Origin: Narcine bancroftii
Taxonomy: Eukaryota
DNA: 64,000 nt
Direction of reading: 5' to 3'
NCBI RefSeq assembly: GCF_036971445.1
Contig: NC_091476.1
Span: forward strand, 149,420,001 to 149,484,000
The notes beneath the pieces were generated by a model that had not been told where the DNA came from, did no database searches, and was given only the letters and a program-made list of their open reading frames with translations. The position numbers and the translations under genes are program-made. The number at the start of each line of letters is the position of its first letter. Within the stretch, counting starts at the first letter, position 1. This document shows positions 12,285 through 24,300 of the stretch, piece after piece.

Positions 12285-13330
12285 TTTTTTCAAAAAATAT
12301 ACTTTATTCGCAATAAATTAACTACAATACAAGACTTTTTACATTCATAGAGTCAATCATATCGATACATACTCATCATTGTATATTTTACATTCTTCTC
12401 TTAATATCCCATTACCACCACTGTGACACCATGTTCTTTCTCTTCCCCTGCCCCCCTGTTGGTTGAGGGGCTTCCCCTCAGTATCACTCTCTCAGTGTCC
12501 AGTAATGGGAGGACTATTGACTGTGGTTTGTCCCCACAGCGCCCTCGCATTGGCTGCACCAAACTTCAGTGTGTCCCTCAGCATGTACTCCTGCAGCCTG
12601 AAATGTGCCAGTCGGCAGCACTCCCAGATCAATATCTCAGTTTGCTGAAAGACCAACAGATTTTGGGCTGACCAAAGGACGTCTTTCACCGAGTTGGTGG
12701 TCAGCACAGCTGGCGTAATTGTTAGTGCAATGCCTTTACAGCGCCAGTAATCAGGACCAGGGTTCAAATGCTGCACTGTCTGTAAGGAGATTGTATATTT
12801 TCCCTGTGTTTGTGTTGGTTTCCTCTCACCATTTGAAATGTACCAGGGGTGTAGGTTAATTGGCTATAAATTTGGTGGCATGCACTCGAGTGCTGAAATG
12901 GTCTGTAATCCTGTTGTATGTCTAAATTTTAAAAAATTTTCAGCTGTTCTGGATGACGGATTCAGAGTGTGTCCCTGGGAACATCCTTCTCCACTCACTT
13001 TTTGCGAATCTACATTCAGCCAAGAGGTGGGCGACAGTCTTCACTCTACTTCAGCTGCCCTGAGGACAACATGTGTGGAGGGTGATGTTCCGGTTGTGCA
13101 AGAAGGATCCTCTCACCAGTCAGGCCAAGTCCTGGTGCTTGTTTGTGAGCCCTGGCGATGAGGCATTCTGCCAGATGACCCTTCCACCAGATCCATCGAG
13201 TCCTCATCTCTCAGTTTCTGCAGGATATTCTGTGCTGATCTCCGCCTGTTGGCCTTGTGGTCAAAAGTATTGTCCTGGCAAAGTCCAGCTAACTGGGATA
13301 TTGTATGTCAATGGGGCCAGGCTTATCCTT
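12285..13330 (-). mobile_element. Tx1/L1-clade LINE 3' fragment, interrupted by a V-SINE (~12705-12935)
   Basis: Minus-strand translation NSVKDVLWSAQNLLVFQQTE...ECCRLAHFRLQEYMLRDTLKFGAANARALWG resembles the Tx1-type ORF2 C-terminus; AATAAA-containing tail near 12290-12310. Confidence 0.6.
12705..12935 (+). mobile_element. V-SINE-type tRNA-derived SINE
   Basis: tRNA-like head with B-box GGTTCAAATG, followed by the TGTAAGGAG..TGTA..TTTCCCTGTG..GGTTTCC core. Confidence 0.65.
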
Positions 13331-14159
13331 CACAACTCCTGTGACAGGTAGAACCTCAGCACGTTCTAAATTGATTCTCCAGTGCAGAACTGAGGGAGTA
13401 CATCACATGAAAGGCATTAAGTGCTGGTCCTATAACCTCTCTCCGACACATCTAAGAATCACAGGCAAATTTATCTCTCATCTCATATAACAAAGCAAAA
13501 TTCTTAGGTAAGTTGTCTCGTCATTATCATTTTATCTTTGTGGATTCTTGTGTACACACTAACTATTGTGTTTCTGCATTACACATTAAACCCACATTCT
13601 CTGGATTCTTAAACAAAGCTATGATCAACAGTCAATACTAACAAATACTACATCATGCTATATAGGCCCCTGCTTGCTTTTTGCTTATACCTTGAAGGAG
13701 GCCTCAGGACCAAAATGTCAGTAATATATTTTTTACCTCCTATGGGTGCTGCAAGACCAGCTGAGTTCCTCCAGCATCACTGTGTGTTTTTAATATTACA
13801 CCACATTATGTATAGATCAAGGACAAACCTGGATCTATAAAGTAATTAATTTAGAAAAACTAAAGCCCAAAAGAAATTAATACTTCATGCTCCTGAATTA
13901 CCTAATGTTACATTAGGCAAGACTCAGATATCCTTGAATTTTCAAGGTTTTCCTTGGTAGCCTTTTTTCCCCCGAGCTCAATGATTCCGAAGTCCTTCCG
14001 ACTGAACGTAATCTTGCACCCCGTATAAAGTTGTCATTCAAAATTTGGGGTAAGGTTAAGGTAAGCAGTCATAGCCTTTTTCCCAGGGCAAGGAAATTGA
14101 AAATTAGAGGTCAGAGATTTAAGTTGAGGGGGGAAAGTGTTAAAAAGGGACCAAAGGAT

Positions 14160-14378
14160 GGCACTGTTAGAAATACAGCGCCAGCGAACGGGGTTCAATT
14201 CCTGTGCTTTCTGTAAGGAGTTTGTACATTCTCCCCGTATCTACTTGAGTTTCCTCCAGGCACTCCGGTTTCCTCCCACCCTTCAAAACCTACAGGAGTT
14301 GTAGGTTAATTAGGTGTAATTGGGTGGCACAGGCTCTTGAGCCGAAAGAGCCTGTTACTGTGCCGTATGTCTAATTTT
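14160..14378 (+). mobile_element. V-SINE-type SINE inserted in a CR1/L2 fragment (~14050-14605)
   Basis: GGTTCAATTCC B-box and GGAGTTTGTACATTCTCCCC...CTCCGGTTTCCTCCCACC V-domain. Confidence 0.7.
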
Positions 14379-14939
14379 TAAAAAATTATACATGTAAACA
14401 TTTTAAATGTAAAAAGGGGCATTTTCTTCATTAAAAAGATAGCGGGTATATGGAACGTGCAACTAGGGGAATAAATAAGAGTGGGGACAATTGTAGCATA
14501 CAATAGTCTTTTAGACAGGTACATTGGTATGAAAGGATTAGAGAGAAATGGGCTGAAAATAGGCAAATAGGACCATCTTGGTCACCATGGAAACTTTGGG
14601 CCTGTTTCCATGTTGCAGAACTCAAGGTCCTATTAATCTATCACTCCTATACTCACTGATCAATGCATCACTTATCCCCATTATAAAACCTGTGGCCTCA
14701 CCTATGTCTCTCCAACTTCCTCCATGCTTGTAACCTTTGAGATCTCTGCAATTCTCCAGATTTGGCATCATGCAAAATGTTGAGGCCATACCTTCAGCTG
14801 TTTAAATCAAATGAAATTTATAACTTTGGAGCCCACTATCCCATGCTGATTGAAAAAGAGACCTGACAGCCTAATCCCACGTTTCAGCAACATGACTAAA
14901 GCCCAAGTAAGACTTGTTCTGAAGCAAGTGAGTTGGGAA

Positions 14940-15185
14940 GTGTTCAACGTCAAAATAGAGAAATGCAGGAGGAGCTCAACCAGTTTGTAGTGCCCATAGG
15001 AGGTAAATATATATGTTATCGACATTTCAGGCTTTAGCCCTTCCTCATTCAGGAAGGACTCAGGCCTGAAACGTCAGTTATATATCATTACCTCCTATGT
15101 ATGCTGTAAAACAGGCCGAGTTCCTCCAGCATTTCTGTGTTTTGAATACAATCAGAGCACTTGCAAACTTTTGTGTTTCACTGCC
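14940..15185. mobile_element. Inverted (palindromic) pair of Penelope-like termini
   Basis: TAGGAGGTAAATATATA..GACATTTCAGGC..AGCCCTTCCT is the reverse complement of AGGAAGGACTCAGGCCTGAAACGTC..TATATATCATTACCTCCTA. Confidence 0.6.
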
Positions 15186-15589
15186 AGAGTTCTAGGCCAG
15201 CATATTATTGTTAGAGTGAAAGCCAAGGGTGACAAGATTGGGGTACTACAAACTTGCCAAAGGTGGTGGTAGAGGTGGGAGCAGTAACAATATTTGTTGG
15301 GCCCAAGATGGTGCTTGGCAGGGGCCATGAGCACTCTGGGGGAGCAGTGGATTAGCATAGGGCACCAGAAACAGGGAGAATACCCCCTGAAGAGGTAAAA
15401 ACAGAGGAAAAGACCCTGAGCATTGTGATCACGGTGGTGAGCCTATGATGGGTTCTGCAGCAGAAGGACACACACGGGCAATGAGCTGTGGGTGACTTAC
15501 AAGCAAGGAACCCACACGGGCTGCAGGCTATTGGCAGCTTGGTCCAAGGGTTCACACAATGTACCAGGCTACTGGAGACCGGCTCATGA

Positions 15590-15897
15590 GGACAGGTATT
15601 GGAACCGGGCTTTGAAAGGGTGCTGAGGGCAAGAAGGGCTCCAAAGCGGCCCGAGGTGCTAAAGGGTTCCTCATCATGTCGGAGGTTTGGATCTGGTTTG
15701 AATTGAACAGGAGTCTGTGTAGATGCAGAGACGATGGGAGTGCTGGAGGTGAATCCACGGACACTTGGGGACTCTGGGGTGACTTTCTACTGTTTCTCTT
15801 TCTGTAATTGAAAGGGCACTGGGCAATGCCAATGCTATTACACTAAAGGCAATTTTGTGTAATATTACATTTCTGTTTTATTACATGACAATAAATA
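15590..15897 (+). repeat. Unclassified interspersed repeat; inverted copy at ~42500-42840
   Basis: GGGTGCTGAGGGCAAGAAGGGCTCC...CATGTCGGAGGTTTGGATC and the tail TTTGTGTAATATTACATTT..TGT..ATGACAATAAA match the reverse complement of 42500-42840. Confidence 0.55.
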
Positions 15898-16344
15898 GCA
15901 TATGACTTAAGAAGCATCTGGACAGGTACTTAAATGAGCAGGTCATAAAGAATTAACGTACACTACATGGGATTAATATTAAAACAGAATGCTGGAGTAA
16001 AAGGGACGTGGAAGGAAATGACCGACGTTTTGGGTCACACTCCCACATCTTTAAAGTCTATTTCCATCCATGGATGTCGCCTGGCCCAGAGTTGTTCAAG
16101 CGTTTATTTGTTCTCCATTCCAGCATCTGTAGTTCCTTGTTTCCGGTAACAGCACAGGTAGAAATGACGGTTGGCACAGACACAGTGAGCCTCAGGGCCT
16201 GCTTCTAACCTGTACACCTCATTGGCTATCCATGGTTAACCCAAAGAGTTAAAGATTGTACCATACTTAAACAAAATGTTTGTATAATTAAATGAGGGTG
16301 ATAGGCTCACCAAATGAACAGAGCAGTAAATAAAAGTAAAGGGT

Positions 16345-16967
16345 TGTAATGCGCGTCGAAAGAACCAAAGACTGTTGATCCAAACCAAGGCTTTTATTAA
16401 CTAAAAGACTGGAGCATATCACAAGTAGGTCGACCAGTCCAGAATGATCTGGTCTGGCTAGGAGAAACCCTTTAAAACCTGCCAATAGGCGTGGCTACGC
16501 TCTCAGCCAATCACAGTCATCTTACACTTCTCTTCTTTCTTCTTTGGCTTGGCTTCGCGGACGAAGATTTATGGAGGGGGTAAAAAGTCCACGTCAGCTG
16601 CAGGCTCGTTTGTGGCTGACCAGTCCGATGCGGGACAGGCAGACACGATTGCAGCGGTTGCAAGGGAAAATTGGTTGGTTGGGGTTGGGTGTTGGGTTTT
16701 TCCTCCTTTGCCTTTTGTCAGTGAGGTGGGCTCTGCGGTCTTCTTCAAAGGAGGCTGCTGCCCGCCCAACTGTGAGGCGCCAAGATGCACGGTTTGAGGC
16801 GTTATCAGCCCACTGGCGGTGGTCAATGTGGCAGGCACCAAGAGATTTCTTTAGGCAGTCCTTGTACCTTTTCTTTGGTGCACCTCTGTCACGGTGGCCA
16901 GTGGAGAGCTCGCCATATAATACCATCTGTACATATACACATTGGTGATAGAATCTGGACTATCACA
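16345..16967 (-). mobile_element. Solo LTR (family A) split by an RTE insertion
   Basis: Reverse-complement homology to 11641-11879 on both sides of 16529-16920; perfect TSD AGGGT (16340-16344 / 16968-16972). Confidence 0.85.
16529..16920 (-). mobile_element. RTE-clade LINE, 5'-truncated young copy (AviRTE-like 3' end)
   Basis: Intact frame LYGELSTGHRDRGAPKKRYKDCLK...FPCNRCNRVCLSRIGLVSHKRACS with a C-terminal zinc finger; 3' end AAATCTTCGTCCGCGAAGCCAAGCC plus a (GAA)n-like tail. Confidence 0.85.
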
Positions 16968-17199
16968 AGGGTGAATAAGAAAAAAAAAATTATGGCATGA
17001 GATAAAGATCAGTGGAAATGAAAAATTTCACTGTAAGCTTTTGTAGAGATTTTTTTGGAGAAAGTAAATTTTGGTCCAATATAACAAAGTCTGAGGAACA
17101 AATATTGGAAAATCAGTATAATGGTGGGTGAATTAATTGCATCAGTTTTTAAGTGACATCCTGGAAATAGTTATTAATTGGGAAATGGAAAAAGGGAAG

Positions 17200-17583
17200 A
17201 AATTATAATGACCGAGGAAGTGGAAGCAAACAATTTGTTAGATCTGCAGGTTCACAAGTCTTCAGGTCCTGATGGACCTCATTGCAAGATCAAAGATGTG
17301 GCCAGTGAAAGAATTCATTTTAATTTTCTAAGATTCCTCAAATTCAGAGAAGATTCCATTAGATTGGAAAATAGCGAATATAGCTCCCTTACTTAAAAAA
17401 GACAGGGAAAAAAATAAGGAAACTGCAGGCCAATTGGCTTAACAACTGTCATTGAGAAAATAATTAAATACATTCCAACGGGATATTTTGAAAATTAAGG
17501 CAATCGGATTTTGTGAAAGGGGAGATCACATTCAAGGAATTTAGTGGAGTTCCTTCAAGTCACTTGTGTTGTTGATAAAAGGA

Positions 17584-17619
<36 letters not shown>

Positions 17620-19680
17620 TTAGCAAAGCTATAACCCTCAAGAGATGCACGATACACGAGATTGGATGCTGCTACCTATAAGTCGAAGCCTACACTGTTT
17701 ATGTGGTAAACTTCTTATTTCTAAGTAGGGAAAGTTCATGTTGGCCTCTGTAGAGGATATAATCCTATGGTAAATCCATGTCTCTATGTGTTCCAGTGTA
17801 CGCACTGATGATGGTTTTTTCCTTTTTCTCTTTTTCTTTGTTTAACTGGTTTTATATAGAAAGGGTAAGGAAGGGGGATTATCTTGATGTTTTGTTTTTT
17901 GTATAATTGCTTATTATGCTTAAAAATGAAAATAAAATATTTTTTAAAATAACTAATAGAAAGTACAGTATAAGCCAGTAACATGGGCATTTAGTATGAC
18001 TATTAAGACATATTATAGGTTACTTATGTAAGCCTGGCAGCACAATTGCTTTGTATACAAGAGACATGAGATACACGTGTTGTGTGCAGGAAGCTGTTGC
18101 ATTCGCTACGTCCCATTCTCTGATCAGGATTTCTGAACTCTATTATAACCTTAATGGATCACGGGTTTATGTGTGGTCAGACGTTGCCCGAACCAACATC
18201 ATACAGTGCATGACTGTATATAGATATATACAGATATAAATTTCCAGAAGCCACTTGATCAAGAGCCACATGTTAAGTCAAGTTTATTGTCATCAAATTT
18301 GTACAAGTACAACCCAATGAAACAGTGTTCTCCACAAACCCAGAACTAGACATTGCACACATACAGACAGACAACCAGTACATATGCAGGATAAGTATTT
18401 TATCTCTACAATAAATAAATATTGTTTTGTTCACATGAGATTCTCGGATGGTTAGTGTTAGCAGTTCCTTTGATTGTTCAGTGTTCTCACCGGTCATGGG
18501 AAGAAGCAATTCCTTAGCCTGGTGGTGCTGGCTCTGATACTCCTGTAAGATCATTGTGGGAAATATTTGTCATGATGCAATAGGTAACATATTGGCAATG
18601 GAATGAAGAGAGGCTGGTTTGCAGAAAACAGAGTAGGTACAAATGGGTCTTTTTCTGGTTGCCAGGATGGGTTGAGTGGGGAGCTGCAAGGAATAGTGCT
18701 GGGCCTCTACGTTTTGCAACTCATGACAATGGCCTTGGCGAAGGCACAAAGATACGATTGCAAAATTTGCCCATGTTGCCAAAGTAGGTAGGAAAGCAAC
18801 AAAAGTTGTGAAGAAGAAAGGATGAAGTTACAAAATGACAGACATAAATGAATGGGCAAAGGTATGGTAAATTATGTAAGAAAATGGGAAACTGTCCAGT
18901 TTGGCAGGAAAAAAAAGTGTTCTTCAAATGCTGAAAGACTGCAGATCTCTGAGAGGCAGAAGCATGTGGGTGTCCTTGTCCACAATTCATTTAAGGCGAA
19001 TTCAATATAAAGAGAAGCATCAGTTATGAAGAGCATTAATGAGCAACATCTGGAGTAGTGTGTTGAAAATAAATGTTAATTCATTGGAAGCAGCTCAGAA
19101 AAGGATTTACAAGACAAGTCCCTGGAATAGCTGAGATGACTTGTGAGGAAAGATTAGGCACACTCGGGTGGAAGCTTATTGTGCAGGGGGATCTGGGTGC
19201 CCATGTCCTTAGTTCAGTGATAGGGAGGTAAGATCTGGTATGCTTGGCCTCATTGGATGGAGCATTGGGCCAAATGGAAGTAACGTTGCAGCTACATAAA
19301 ACTGGTCAGGTCACACTTGGAATACTTTGTGCAATTCTGGTGGCCCCATTACAGAAAGGATATGTTGGAAAGGGTTCAGAAGAGGTTTACCAGGATGTTG
19401 CCTGATTTAGTGGGTTCTGGGGAGAGTTTGCTTTCTCTGGAGCGAAGGAGGCAGAGGGGAAATCTGACAGAGCTGTATGAAATCAAAAGAGGCAGGACAG
19501 TCAGAATCTTTTCCACAAAGCAAAAGCAGTGCATACAAGAGAAAATGGATTGAAGGTGAGGGAGAGGAAATTTAAGGAAGATGTGCAGGGCAGATATTTT
19601 ACACAGAGTGGAAGGTGCCTGGAGAAGTGGTGGAGTTAGATGCAATAGTTGCATTCAAGAGGCTTCTAGAATGACACATG
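17200..19680 (+). mobile_element. Fragmented old CR1/L2-type LINE ORF2 remnants with nested repeats and a (TA)n at ~17587-17617
   Basis: Motifs KSSGPDGPH and EYFVQFWWPHYRKDMLERVQKRFTRMLP, typical of CR1 ORF2. Confidence 0.6.
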
Positions 19681-19714
19681 AATTATATATTTTTTAATTT
19701 AATGTTGTTAAATT

Positions 19715-19940
19715 TAGAGATGTACAGCACAGTAACAGGCCCTTCCAAGCTGCCCAAATACACCAATTAACCTACAACACCCGTATATTTTGAATGGTGG
19801 TGGGAAACTGGAGCACCCAGAGGAAACACACACAGATTTGGGGAAAAATATACAAACTCCTTAAAGACAGTGTCGGATTTGAACTGGGTTACTGGTGGTG
19901 CAAGGATGGTGAATTAACCGCTTTGTTAACCATGCCACCG
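19715..19940 (-). mobile_element. V-SINE-type SINE
   Basis: GGGAAACTGGAGCACCCAGAGGAAAC...TACAAACTCCTTA, the reverse complement of the V-domain. Confidence 0.65.
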
Positions 19941-20929
19941 TAATGAATATGAAGGGGATGGAGGGATATCAGGAGAAAGCAACAGATTTAAGTTTGTTTT
20001 GGACATGATGTTTGGCACAGACACATGGGCCAAAGGGCCTGTTACTGTGCTATATTCTGAGGGGTCTTGCATGGGTGGATGTGAAGAGGATGTTTCCTCT
20101 TAAGAGAGAATCTAGAACTTGGGGTCAAAATTTAAAAATAAGGGAATATCTATTTATCTTTCACATGTCCTTGGAACTTTTTTCCTCAAAAGGCAGTAGA
20201 AATATGATCTTTCAATGTGTTTGGATCAGAGGTAGAAAACTATTTGATAAGTATAGAGATGAAAAGTTATCTTAGGAAGTGATGGTAAAATGAAGTAGCA
20301 GAGCAGATCTAAGGGGCAAAAGAGACCTCTTCCCATTCTCTTAATTTATACATATGTCTGCTTTTATAGCTTAAAAATTCAATATGACTTCTTAAACACT
20401 TTATCTTCCTGTCCTGATCATGGGCTTTCAAGCAAAAATTCCCTCTATCTCTCCACATTTCCTAATCTCATCCACTTCATGGGATATGTTTTTGCCTTGT
20501 TGAAACTCACCACACGCCTTACCTGAACCTCTGGGTCTCTGTCACATGTTTTTAAAACCAAGTCTTTCGCTATTTGCCTTAATATCTCCCGACATGGCTT
20601 GGTCTTGATGTGTGTGCAGTTGTGAAGAAAAGGTGAAGCGAGTTGGGATGGTTTTACTATTTTGAAAGTAATATGTAATGTGCAGAATTCCATTTATGGT
20701 ACAGTTTTGAGACTATGAAGGAAGCTCAGAGGCAAGCGGTGAAGGGAGATTACCTTTCAAACCACGGTCAGATCTTGAAGTTCCAGAGTAGAATGTGGCT
20801 AGGTACACAGGGGGATCAGTAGAGAAACACTGAATTTAATCCTTAAACATCTGAAGAAGTCATAACTAGTGACTTATCATGGATACTCAACATTTTCCCA
20901 TTATGTCATCCTTCCAAAGGAGGTCTATT

Positions 20930-21200
20930 AAGAGCGACCTGGGTGGCTGCATCACAGCGTGGTACAGATGCTGCAGAGAAATGGACCCTAAAAGTGGCAG
21001 AGAGGATCCCTCCCCCCCCCCCACATTAACATTATCTACAAAGATCGTTGACTGAAGAGGGGGCGCAAAATCATTGAGGACCTCTTTCATCCAGCACACA
21101 GCATCTTTCAGCAGCTCCCATTGGGGAAGAGATACAGGAGTATCAGAGCCAGCCCCATTAGGCGGAGGAACAGCTTCTTCCCACGGGCAGTGAGAATGCT
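20930..21200 (+). mobile_element. Rex1/Babar LINE 3' fragment
   Basis: GCITAWY motif, then a KIIEDLFHPAHSIFQQLPLGKRYRSIRA...NSFFPRAVRML-type C-terminus. Confidence 0.55.
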
Positions 21201-22464
21201 CACACTAACCATCTGAGGCTCCCATATTCATTAACAGTATTTATTTATTTGTACAGATTAAATACTTGTCCTGCATATGGTTGCCTGGAATGCATTTGCT
21301 TGGGATGGTGGTGGAGTCTGAAATGTTAGAGGTATTTAAAAGACTCTTAGGCACATGGATGAAGGAAAAATAGAGGGTTATGGGGTCGGGAAGGTTTCAT
21401 ACTTTTTTTAAGGGACAACATCGAGAGCCAAAGGGCCTGTACTGTTCTATGTTCTATGTATTCTTTGCAAGTGTGTTATGTCAGGATGTATGTTTGCATG
21501 TTTTGCACCGAGGACCAGAGAACACTGTTTTGTCGGGTTGTACTTGTATAATCAGGTGACAATAAATTTGACTTGAGTTTCTCCAGCACTTCTGTGTATT
21601 GTACTACACCCCTGCATCTGAAGATTTCTTGTTAACCACCAAGATTAAACAGCATTGCTGACTAGGGCAGCCCTTCCTTTCCACTTTTATATCCAACATT
21701 TTATTTTTGTGGGAGCAGGTGAAGGACTTCCTCACTTGAATAAGTAAATAGATAGCAAAGCAAAAGAAACACAAGGTGATGGTCTGAAGACAGATCTGGA
21801 AACTAGTGAAGTAGAAGGCAAGAGGAGAATGTTGCAAGCAAGACCAGCAGTTCAATGGTTAAAGTTAACACATCAATGGGTAAAAAAAAAATGTACAGGT
21901 AATAATACATCATGAACAGCATCCAAAACACACGCTCATAATCAGAAAATGGAAGCACTTGGTCAGTGTCAAATTAGGCACTTAATTATATGAATGCAAG
22001 AAAGAAATTTATTTCACAAATAAAGGTTTCAATAAGGTTATATTAATATCTCTGCCTCATTTCATTCTATTAAAGATGGAGCTTTGTCTAGGAAATATTT
22101 CCAGTTGAAAATATGGACAATTTGCAAACTAGGAAAATAAATGATTAAATGGTCAGCTTTCTTTTTCGATTGTTTTGCAGAAAACTACATTTGACTGGAT
22201 CTTAATGAAGCAAGAAATCTTCCTCCATTAGTTTGCATTATTCTATGAACCATCAGTTTAGCAACTTTTTGATCTCTCAACATGCCAGAAATTCAGCAAG
22301 GCCTCAGTGGACAATAGGTCCATTATTTTCTTCTCAACCTGAGAGACTGGAGGAATGACAAGGAAACAGGAAAAAAAATTGAAGGCAATTTAAAGTGAAA
22401 ACAGGTATGAGGATTAAAAAGAGGGGAAAAAAAATAAAGAAAATAAAAATGACGTAAAAAAACG

Positions 22465-22665
22465 TAGACATACAGCACGGAAACAGGCCCTTCCACCCCA
22501 CAAGCCTGTGTTATCCAATTGCACCCAATTAACCTACAACCCCCATACATTTTGAAGGGTGGGAGGAAACCGGAGCACCCAGATGAAACCCATGCAGACA
22601 CAAGGAGAACGTACAAGCTCCTTATAGACAGTGCCGGATTCGAACACAGGCCATTGGCACTCTAA
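22465..22665 (-). mobile_element. V-SINE-type SINE
   Basis: GGGTGGGAGGAAACCGGAGCACCCAG..GAAACCCA..GCAGACAC..GGAGAACGTACAA; B-box complement GGATTCGAAC. Confidence 0.7.
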
Positions 22666-23039
22666 TAAAGTTGCAGTTATAATGTTCCGCCTGCTTTTAT
22701 TTAATTTATTTATTTTAAAATCTCCTACAATTGTCTGAGAAAAAAACACAGTGTACTTGGTCAGTGATTGATTGACATTTCATTATATCAAAGAAAGTGT
22801 ATGTGTGCTGGTCATTCTGAACACTGAATGGCCAATTAGTAAGCAAATTCAGCAAATTAAAAAAAAAATAACAGAGGTCAAGAACAAGAAAAACCATGTT
22901 AAAAATAAAACTCTCCCCTCAAGTTTTCTTTTAAACTTCTTCCTCTCACCTCAAGCCTTCTCTTATTTTCTTAACAGCTTGGCATGGGGTAAAAATTCTG
23001 AACATCTATTCTTTTCTATGTTCTTTATAATTTAATAAA

Positions 23040-24300
23040 GTTTCATCATGTCATGCCTCACTCATCCTCCCCACTCCAGTAAAAATAAGCACAGCCTATC
23101 CAATCCCTGACAATAACTGGTCCTCCAATCTGGATCATATTCTGGTGAATTTCCTTTGGACTATCTCGAGCACAACCCATATCCTTTCAATAATGTGGTG
23201 ACCAGAACTGCCCACCATACTCCAGTCTAACTAGTGTCTTGTAAAGTTGCTACATATTGTCCTAACTTCTACATTGTACATCCTGGTCTATGAAGGTAAG
23301 TTGCTGTATCAACTGGTGTGGGCACATTCAGGGAAATAGAAGACCATAACAATTTGGAGCAGAACTCATGGAATTTATTCTGTCATTCAAATCATGGCTC
23401 ATATACTTTTCTTTTCAACCTCAATCTTCTGCTTTTGCGCCATAATCTTTGGCACCTTTATTAATCGAGCACCCTTCTATTAACTATATGTACCAACCCT
23501 ATTAGACCTACCAAAATGCATTATCTCCCACATCCATATTAAAATCTATTTGGCAACTTTCTGTCCAACTATCCATCTTATCTGCATCCTGTGTTGCCAT
23601 AGATGAAGTCTATCCCAAGATACAATGAAAAGCAAGAGCAGAGTAGCCAGGGCCCTAATGGAAATTCTTGCATCACAGATGATGTAGTTTTGCTCTCAAT
23701 AACATAACCAATGTTTATGTCATCTGAAAAGCTACTAACCATTTCTCCCACATTTACATCAGAACACTACATCATTGGTCAGATTTCCAATAAGGAATGT
23801 AACCTTCCACTACTACACTCCACCTCCTATAACCAAGCCAACTCTGGATTCAATCATCCAACTTGCCTTAATCTTTTGGACCAGCTTACTTTGCAGGACC
23901 TTGATGTATGCCTTATAGACCATTTTGACAATGTTTTTCACCCTGTCTTCATCAATCTTATTAGTTACTTTCACAAAAAATGTAATCAAAATAGTGAGAT
24001 AGAATTTTGCTGCACAAAGCCATGCCCTGATATTCCAAATGTATGTCAATCCTATCCTTTAGAATTTTCTCCAAGAATTTTCCAACTATATTTAAGCCTC
24101 CTGGCCTGCAGATAGTCAATTTCTCTCTGCTGGCCTCCTCACCCAAAATAATAAAATTAACTAACCTCCAAACTTCTGCAACATCACCTGTGGCTTAATG
24201 AAGATGCAAGAATTTCCATCAGGGCCCCCTGCTACCTCAACCCTTACTTTTCATTGTAACCTGGGATGGATCTCATCTACTTGAGGATTTATCCACAATT
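23040..24300 (-). mobile_element. Degenerate CR1-type LINE fragment
   Basis: Minus-strand IVGKFLEKILKDRIDIHLE and FVKVTNKIDE...VYKAY..KV resemble the CR1 RT region. Confidence 0.55.
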
